64,000 nt of DNA from Chiloscyllium plagiosum (taxonomy: Eukaryota). The DNA lies in NCBI RefSeq assembly GCF_004010195.1, contig NC_057718.1:33627851-33691850 (forward strand), in the 5' to 3' direction. Of the stretch, positions 60,101 through 64,000 are shown piece by piece. Under the pieces are notes generated by a model, which was given only the letters and a program-made list of their open reading frames with translations, did not search any database and was not told where the DNA came from. A program made the position numbers and the translations under genes. Position 1 is the first letter of the stretch. Every line of letters begins with the position of its first letter.

Positions 60101-60873
60101 GTTCAAAAGATGCTTCAAATCGTAACGATACTCCAGCCACCATTAATCATACTACTTTCTTTTGTGATAAAGAACAACACATTGCAAATATAAATAAATA
60201 TAAACAAGGAAAGTAAGTTATAAAACAAAAAGAAAAAATAAGTGGATTGTTTGATCTGCATTGTGGGTAGAATTTCTCCACTTACAGTATTAGTTATTTC
60301 TTTGGGTAACTTATAAAATGTCCTTTTTTGTAACTCTGTAATAGAATTAATTCTCCCAATTGAAGATAATCATATTTTGTAGTTTTTATAATTTTTTTTA
60401 AGAAAAAAAGTGTGACTTTTAAGATTCATAAATGAGTATTTTGTGAAGTTATAAGCAGATTTAATGTGAAAACAGACATGCCACACACAATCATCCTTCA
60501 GGTTTTGATTAGATCAAGCTTTGAGGTGATACAATTAGCATTCAATCCAAAACTTACTCTGTGATAGCTGGCCTAATCGGTCTTATTGGTAGCAGTTAAT
60601 GTAAAAAAGGATTCTATTTCTTGGCTCTTTGTTTTTCTTTGCTTTATAAATAACATTCACCAGTAATAAAGTAAAAAGTCATACAGCAACATCTCCATCT
60701 CTTTTTAGAGACAGCCAGAAATCTACAGAAGATTCTAAATGAAATAAAACCATGGGACACAAATGATTATTTTACTCAAGCAAAACTGCTGAAAAATGAG
60801 GAAGACCAAGAATTGGGCAAAAATGCCTTTGATGATTGCAAGCCTTCTGAAAATTTGAGCATGGCAATGATGG
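9568..60873 (+). CDS. THADA: THADA (thyroid adenoma-associated protein; tRNA 2'-O-methylation cofactor, Trm732 homolog), internal part, 16 exons: 9568-9716, 10250-10282, 11761-11809, 13977-14167, 14328-14422, 15294-15517, 18312-19012, 24144-24319, 27268-27423, 27539-27667, 38503-38626, 41605-41756, 45561-45801, 55194-55329, 56382-56518, 60709-60873
   Basis: All exons have AG/GT boundaries and compatible phases, and they splice to one open frame of about 952 codons. Peptides match vertebrate THADA as I recall it and in the same order: CMENFSLG, HWEHPLDGVRHQTK, LEWHIKGKY, RGALGALMTCLR, LSTSTKPYDCITASYLL, YGRVHCIIGAL, SSSPEGLIPMDTD, ILNEIKPWDTNDYF. Confidence 0.96.
10250..10282 (+). CDS. THADA: THADA micro-exon (33 nt): GEMCTQCLYLEV
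   Basis: tcctcacag|GT ... GAG G|gtagg; phase 1-1; fills the gap between the flanking exons. Confidence 0.8.
11761..11809 (+). CDS. THADA: THADA micro-exon (49 nt): VLQFLHMTLVDFKLQNM
   Basis: tactttgtag|TT ... AAT AT|gtgag; phase 1-2; resembles VLHFLQKSL of human THADA. Confidence 0.85.
13251..13637. mobile_element. Tc1/mariner Tigger-like MITE with an internal (TG)n/(GA)n microsatellite
   Basis: TA|CAGAGGAACCTCGATTATCCGAA; perfect 21-bp TIR 13253-13273 vs 13615-13635; subterminal ttcggataat repeats. Confidence 0.8.
13977..14167 (+). CDS. THADA: THADA exon (191 nt): NLGGQHILQNKLMHDLLAALKATMVLVQKVQ...MCGLLTCVIEILLD
   Basis: ctctag|G ... GAT G|gtaag; open frame. Confidence 0.93.
14328..14422 (+). 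CDS. THADA: THADA exon (95 nt): GDFLQTVQSTAGMAALLFIKTIVDCDELLPKL
   Basis: long pyrimidine tract, ttcag|GA ... TTG|gtgag; LQTVQST motif. Confidence 0.94.
15294..15517 (+). CDS. THADA: THADA exon (224 nt): VHDLLFNS...VPEWLIQSC...QGSLAMLDW...LLSLNAR
   Basis: tttgaag|GTT ... GCA CG|gtaag; ORF 15288..15521. Confidence 0.94.
17737..17885 (+). mobile_element. HE1-like V-SINE, 3' fragment
   Basis: Matches the 3' half of 33678-33992; (taatc)n tail. Confidence 0.8.
18312..19012 (+). CDS. THADA: THADA large exon (701 nt)
   Basis: ttttag|C ... GTT G|gtgag; ORF 18292..19020 contains HWEHPLD, LEWHIKGKY, YYLPKLL. Confidence 0.97.
19779..19904 (+). mobile_element. 126-bp PLE pLTR-only insertion with an internal inversion and a sense-strand hammerhead motif (19814-19841)
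   Basis: 16-bp TSD ctgaagagtggatgag (19763-19778, 19905-19920); CTGAAGA A GGGC ttat GCCC GAAAC GTT. Confidence 0.9.
20278..20599 (-). mobile_element. HE1-like V-SINE, diverged
   Basis: The reverse complement begins gtgggcagcacaatg...gctagcactgctgcctcacagcgccaggga. Confidence 0.8.
20890..22740 (+). mobile_element. Decayed CR1 LINE ORF2, with an unrelated insertion at about 21640-22190
   Basis: KGKSCLINFLECFE and other RT remnants (cctgatggacttc, gactggaaaatagcaaat). Confidence 0.7.
24144..24319 (+). CDS. THADA: THADA exon (176 nt, or 155 nt from the alternative acceptor at 24165): ...GPFNNRGALGALMTCLRAARAQG...LVHKHEQ
   Basis: ctctag|AA or ttag|GT, both in frame; CAG|gtatg donor. Confidence 0.9.
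25273..25537 (-). mobile_element. CR1/HER1 3' UTR fragment
   Basis: Reverse complement of the 3' end of 8655-9441. Confidence 0.85.
25705..26759. mobile_element. Decayed Tigger-like DNA transposon related to the 13.3-kb MITE
   Basis: The right end reads (reverse complement) tacagaacaaaatcaattatccgaacgaga, similar to the 13249 TIR; gattatccgaac near 25750. Confidence 0.45.
27268..27423 (+). CDS. THADA: THADA exon (156 nt): VCLDALGLICETHCSTE...YNMNSQSPAMRQQIVWLMKK
   Basis: attgcag|GTC ... AAG|gtggg. Confidence 0.94.
27539..27667 (+). CDS. THADA: THADA exon (129 nt): LFSRLRDSSQVLYK...IQLQQYK
   Basis: ctacatag|CTT ... AAG|gttca (weak donor); SSQVLYK and LQQYK motifs. Confidence 0.9.
28095..28790 (+). 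mobile_element. HE1-like V-SINE containing an antisense CR1 3' fragment (about 28362-28743)
   Basis: The SINE breaks at gtggactt and resumes at cttgttgggcc; the insert is the reverse complement of the CR1 3' end. Confidence 0.8.
30037..30115 (-). repeat. Polypurine tract region extended by poly-G and a (TG)n microsatellite
   Basis: On the + strand, a pyrimidine run, poly-C and about 18 CA repeats adjoin the 3' LTR. Confidence 0.75.
33678..33992 (+). mobile_element. Near full-length HE1-like V-SINE inserted in the Gypsy gag-pol region
   Basis: tRNA-like head ggtggcacagtg...gggttcaattccc; V-domain gtgtggagtttgcacgttctccccgtgtctgcgtgggtttcctcc; (aatct)n tail. Confidence 0.9.
34691..34709 (-). 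promoter_or_regulatory. Primer-binding site, tRNA-Pro type
   Basis: Minus strand TGGGGGCTCattgcGGGAT directly after the 5' LTR; compare the canonical TGGGGGCTCGTCCGGGAT. Confidence 0.75.
35387..35697 (+). mobile_element. HE1-like V-SINE
   Basis: Same head, V-domain and tail as 33678-33992. Confidence 0.9.
36068..36179. repeat. (TTTC/TTCG)n microsatellite
   Basis: Directly visible. Confidence 0.95.
36480..37300 (+). mobile_element. Decayed CR1 3' fragment with an antisense V-SINE inserted at 36813-37027
   Basis: CR1 C-terminal motifs (cagagtactgtg, gaagaatgaagggc); reverse SINE with a (agatt)n tail. Confidence 0.75.
37300..37791 (-). mobile_element. Decayed CR1 3' fragment
   Basis: RLFPLLGESRTRGH on the minus strand. 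Confidence 0.7.
37792..38377 (+). mobile_element. PLE family A 3' fragment (GIY-YIG C-terminal half and pLTR) with a hammerhead motif at 38250-38277
   Basis: IGETGRLLSERFREHL and VAEHFNSP; CTGATGA A GGGC tttt GCCC GAAAC GTC. Confidence 0.88.
38503..38626 (+). CDS. THADA: THADA exon (124 nt): DFMVWICGTLLQALFPGASFPRKFIALSLLGIIAEVFENLE
   Basis: ttttccag|GAT ... GAG G|gtaag. Confidence 0.94.
38866..40934 (-). mobile_element. Penelope-like element with a 485-aa RT + GIY-YIG ORF (39174-40631) and inverted pLTRs; sense-strand hammerhead motif at 40810-40837
   Basis: 15-bp TSD ctttttcttgttata (38851-38865, 40935-40949); LPKI, GRPIVS, GVAMG, FLRYIDD, FLD, CKTC, IIYC...YIGETG. Confidence 0.95.
41605..41756 (+). 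CDS. THADA: THADA exon (152 nt): GQTYRVMQ...STFEELKLLAYDILKKL...GLK
   Basis: ttctgcag|GT ... AAG|gtaac. Confidence 0.94.
42860..44520 (-). mobile_element. Rex1/Babar-like LINE, 5'-truncated and decayed
   Basis: [69 protein letters not shown]. Confidence 0.88.
44530..45010 (+). mobile_element. 3' fragment of an old LINE, probably the same family as 1290-3700
   Basis: tacaaggcataaatcagg...tacaagatgcactgcag...caccttccaaacc resembles the reverse complement of 1300-1750. Confidence 0.55.
45561..45801 (+). CDS. THADA: THADA exon (241 nt): DSEKLQTLLQTALDLSTSTKPYDCITASYLL...ETNVLE
   Basis: ccttacag|GAC ... GAA G|gttag. Confidence 0.95.
46100..48240 (+). mobile_element. Heavily decayed CR1 LINE (APE + RT), with an antisense CR1 3' UTR inserted at about 47836-48026
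   Basis: EFMEYFQDSFL, SSDNNVIKF, gctaaatttgttgatgac. Confidence 0.7.
48780..52549 (+). mobile_element. Near full-length CR1 LINE: ORF1 (coiled coil + SGNH/GDSL esterase) and ORF2 (APE + RT), frameshifted and internally deleted
   Basis: VIGDSIIR, VHIGTNNIG, DGLHLNR; YLNACSI, ILDLVL, GSSDHNMV; LDFQKTFDKVPH, KFADDTKLGG; tail tatgtcttatggtctta. Confidence 0.93.
52159..52300. mobile_element. 142-bp PLE pLTR-derived fold-back insertion inside the CR1
   Basis: 16-bp TSD cttagaattagaggga (52143-52158, 52301-52316); arms of about 50 bp at 52157-52206 and 52217-52266. Confidence 0.92.
52883..53035. mobile_element. Short fold-back element, probably an inverted pLTR of a third PLE family
   Basis: Imperfect inverted arms 52914-52956 and 52996-53035; the loop holds a hammerhead-like remnant cagcgctgtGAAAgctt. 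Confidence 0.55.
53636..54257 (-). mobile_element. Solo LTR related to the Gmr1-type element LTRs
   Basis: Shares tatggacc...gaaggtagcc, caaaccactt, aaggtaaa, gaactggccgc and the tgtcaca end with 29410-30036; similar length (about 620 bp). Confidence 0.8.
55194..55329 (+). CDS. THADA: THADA exon (136 nt): VIKYLLNCLSDEIRQAERSL...PLYGRVHCIIGALQQLSL
   Basis: ttttttag|TT ... CTA AA|gtaag. Confidence 0.94.
55566..56128 (+). mobile_element. Chimeric PLE-A insertion: zinc knuckle/GIY-YIG piece, antisense CR1 piece (55796-55927), then pLTR with a hammerhead motif (56045-56072)
   Basis: CKTCAH...IIYC...YIGETGR; CTGAAGA A GGGC taat GCCC GAAAC GTC; possible TSD tccatgt (55559-55565, 56129-56135). Confidence 0.85.
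56382..56518 (+). CDS. THADA: THADA exon (137 nt): SVSKVAEWRETV...SSSPEGLIPMDTDL (around the start of DUF2428)
   Basis: ttttttag|G ... CTT G|gtaag. Confidence 0.95.
56649..57715 (-). mobile_element. CR1 LINE, 3' portion
   Basis: EAIQRRLTKTIPGM...FRRMRDDLIETY; tail taagaccataaga. Confidence 0.9.
58270..58490 (+). mobile_element. Decayed tRNA-SINE, same type as 7383
   Basis: tggtgatgtagtgg...gttcaaatcc A/B boxes; cttacctggtctggcctac. Confidence 0.55.
59775..60090 (-). mobile_element. Decayed CR1 3' fragment
   Basis: cagaacagtacagc...ccctaccaccctgtgtggaaaa...gcccctcataattttata. Confidence 0.6.
60709..60873 (+). CDS. THADA: THADA exon (165 nt): ETARNLQKILNEIKPWDTNDYFTQAKLLK...
   Basis: ctttttag|AG ... 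ATG G|gtaag. Confidence 0.94.
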
Positions 60874-61399
60874 GTAAGGGTCAAATATTCGTATAAACAT
60901 TTGTACATATAAGGATAATTTCGAGATTCAACAATTGTATAAGAAAAATAAAACTTGCCTCCCTCTGTCCAGCCCTCACCCTCAATCTACCTGCCTGCAC
61001 TCCCTCAATTCCTGCAACTCATCTCCCCTCCTCTCCCTTTTGCTCACTTGTCCTCTCTCCCTCACTCCCCTTTGCCCTCCCCTCCAGCTTCCACCTTACC
61101 TCATTCCCACCCACTTCCTGCTCAACTTCCTGCTATTTGGTTGCCCCCCCCCCCCCCATCTCCCCCTCGCTCGGCTGCTCTCCGACCCCTCCTTCCAATT
61201 GTTCACCACCCACCCATTGAGGAACTGAAACCTCTCTAGTTCTACAACTCTCAAACCCTCCCAACTTCTAATCTCAATGTTACATTAAATCTGAGACATT
61301 AACGTTGGTCACACTGGGCAAAAAAAGTCAAAGTACTGGTTTAGCCACTTCAAAAAGTATTCCTGCACAACGATAATGGTAAGAATTGTGAGGATGGCA

Positions 61400-61860
61400 A
61401 GTGATTTAAGTGTCAAAATACAGCATTCACTAAATCTAGCAGATTTAAGAAAATTAAAAACATAGAGTGCTGTTCTTTATCTCAAAGTCTGAAATGCAAA
61501 GGGTTGGAATTTGTGATGTAGTGGTACAGAGCTTTGCTTAGACTGAGACTGAATACTGTATGTTTTTCTATACCTCAGAAAGGATACCTTGGCCTTCGAT
61601 GAGAACAGAATGGTACCAGAATACTACTTGGCTAAGAAAAAAGTAAATAATAAGTTGCAGAGGCATTTATTTCCTTGAGTGCATAAATTTGAAGGGCAGT
61701 CTTGTTGACATGTTTAAGATGCCTAAAGAGTTCACAGGGTAAATGAAGAGAATCTATCCTCTGGTAGGAAATTCGGGGGAAAAAATAGAGGCATAACAGT
61801 AAAATTAGAGCTAAGCCATTCAGAAGTGATTTCAAGAAACACTTAATCACCTCAACAGTA
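61400..61860 (+). mobile_element. Decayed CR1 3' fragment
   Basis: gaatactg and aaaattagagctaagccattcag motifs. Confidence 0.5.
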
Positions 61861-62069
61861 ATGAATGAATACAACAAGACTTGGGTCCGTGAGAGGAAAC
61901 CTGGAAGAGGCTTTCTTGCATAATACGTGAAGAAAAATGGTAATAATTCTGAATGCCACCTCTCATCTTCAGGATGGCAGATCCAGAGGTGGACACAAGT
62001 GGCCAGATAAGAACATGCAAGATAAGAGCTGTTTTCCCTTTTCTTTTATGATCAAAGCATACTGCTGAC

Positions 62070-63015
62070 ACACAACTGTGCAGCGATGCACAGGTTGAAT
62101 CACATCACCAAGTTCGCTGATGATATGACTGTAATAGGTCTCATCAGCAGGAACGAAGAGTCAGCATACAGAGAGGAGGTACAGTGGCTAACTGACTGGT
62201 GTAGAGCTAACAACCTGTCTCTGAACTGTGGCAAGACGAAAGAGATGGTTGTTGACTTCAGGAGGATGCGGAGCGACCACCCGCTGCTGGACATCCGCTG
62301 CTCCCCCCGTGGAGATCATGAGGAACACCAAATCTCTTGGTGTACACCTGGTGGAGAATCTCACCTGGACCTACAACGCCAGCTCCATAGCAAAGAAAGC
62401 CCAGCTGTGTCTACTTTCTGCGCAGGCTGAGGAAAGCCCACCTCCCACCCTCCATCCTCACCACATTCTACGGAGGGTTCATCGAGTGTACCCTGAGCTA
62501 CTGCATCACTGCCTGGTTTGGGAATTGCACCCGTCTCAATTCGTAAGACTCTACAACGGATAGTGAGGACAGCTGAGAAGATCATCATGATCTCTCTTTC
62601 CTCCATTACAGACATTTACACCACATGCTGCATCCAAAAGGCTAAGAGCATTGTGGAAGAGCCCATACACCCCTCACTCAAACTCTTCTCCCTCCTGCCA
62701 TCTGGCAGAAGATACCGGACTAATCGGTCTCTCATGGCTTCTCGGTGCAACAGTTTCTTCCCCCTAAGCCAACAGGTCCCTTAATACAGTATGATCGGAT
62801 TCTTTCCCATCTGAAATTCTTTGTATGACTTTGAATTGCTGCTAGAAAAATATCTATTATTTATCATTTTTCTACAGTCATACTGTAACTTGTATGTTTT
62901 GCACTCTTAAGTACTTTGTGTGTAGTTTGTGCCGTCTTTGTAGCACCCTTGGTCCTGGAGGAACACTGTCTTGTTTTTTACTGCATCAGTTGTATATGGT
63001 AGAAATGACAAAAAG
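62070..63015 (+). mobile_element. Rex1/Babar-like LINE, 3' part
   Basis: ITKFADDMTVIGLIS...NNLSLN...[20 protein letters not shown]. Confidence 0.88.
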
Positions 63016-63796
63016 CCACTATTATTAACTCTTTAAACTGATCAGCTCCACTTTAAGTTTCAAGCTATACCATGGGGTAATGGGGTGAAGGAGGTTTGCT
63101 GATTTGATATTTTGAAAATTGTGTTTCTATATGAAGCTACTGTCACATCAAACAGGTGCTAGTATGACACAGAATGGTTATGTACAAGAGGAGGCAGTTT
63201 GGACCCCTATATCTTGTTTGATTATTTGCAAGAGCAATTTACTTAGCACAAATGCAGATAGCCCTGCGATTTATATTTTTTCCCTGCTCGACTAATAATT
63301 TGTGCACATGCCCCACTACATCGCTCTGCTCCTGTATCACCTTTATAATTGTACCTTTGGTTTTTTTTCATGACTGCATTTCACATGTAACCACAGCAAC
63401 CTGTGTTGCATGTTTTTAAAGTCCATTTATAGCCTTTTTTCAGTTGAGTATTTCAATATGAAAATAACTTTGAGCAGTTTTAGTATTTTAGTAAACAAGA
63501 CAAAAGGTTAATCTAACTATTGATGAAAGTTATTTAATTAAAAAAAGTAAAATACAAATAAAGGTTGTAAGTAGGTATGGATAAAATAAACTTTTAGCAT
63601 GAAAGTAAGATCCGTCTCTAAGATTTTGCCAATGTGGATTTCTTCAAAAATTTCTTTCTCTGAAATAAAGAGATTTAAAACTTAAAGTCAGATTCAACAG
63701 TTGCTCTGATTTCCATGTTTGGTAAGTCAGTTTTTGCTAAACATATGGACTTAGCATGTCGGCAGGATTTGAAGTATGTGAGCGAGAAGGTTTCAC

Positions 63797-64000
63797 TAGA
63801 TTAAATTAGATTCCCTACAGTGTGGAAACAGGCCCTGCGGCCCAACAAGTCTACACCGACCCTCCGAAGAGTAACCAACCCAGACCCATTTCCCTCTGAC
63901 TAATGCATCTAACACTATGGGCAATTTAGAATGGCCAGTTCACAAAACCTGCACATCTTTGGACTGTGGGAGGAAACCGGAGCACCCGGAGGAAACCCAC
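63797..64000 (-). mobile_element. HE1-like V-SINE, runs off the window end
   Basis: Reverse complement of the SINE 3' half and V-domain. Confidence 0.88.

Noticed and set aside
9717..60708. Intronic snoRNAs or miRNAs
   Set aside because: No convincing C/D or H/ACA box arrangement was seen by eye; a covariance-model search would be needed.
60935..61240. Pro/Leu-rich ORFs
   Set aside because: C/T-rich low-complexity intron sequence, probably repeat debris.

Overview
Eukaryotic (vertebrate) genomic DNA, most likely from a cartilaginous fish; this is inferred from the repeat content (HE1/V-SINEs, CR1/HER1-type LINEs, abundant Penelope-like elements). The window lies inside one + strand gene, THADA (yeast Trm732 homolog). 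I traced 16 consecutive internal GT-AG coding exons from 9568 to 60873. They total 2858 nt, are phase-compatible and give about 952 codons; the start and stop codons lie outside the window. The introns are dense with transposons. These include at least three Penelope-like element (PLE) families whose pseudo-LTRs carry minimal type I hammerhead ribozyme motifs, a two-LTR Gmr1-type Gypsy element (integrase upstream of RT, tRNA-Pro PBS, SCAN-like gag segment), solo LTRs, an esterase-ORF1 CR1 LINE, Rex1/Babar LINEs, V-SINEs and a Tigger-like MITE. The most interesting signals are: (i) about nine hammerhead motifs with a conserved stem II and variable loops, several on the THADA sense strand; (ii) tiny (125-145 bp) TSD-flanked pLTR-only insertions, some ribozyme-bearing or hairpin-forming; (iii) a PLE whose GIY-YIG catalytic module is tandemly amplified five times in frame; (iv) a three-element nest in which one PLE inserted at the ribozyme core of another. 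All calls were read by eye and no database searches were run.
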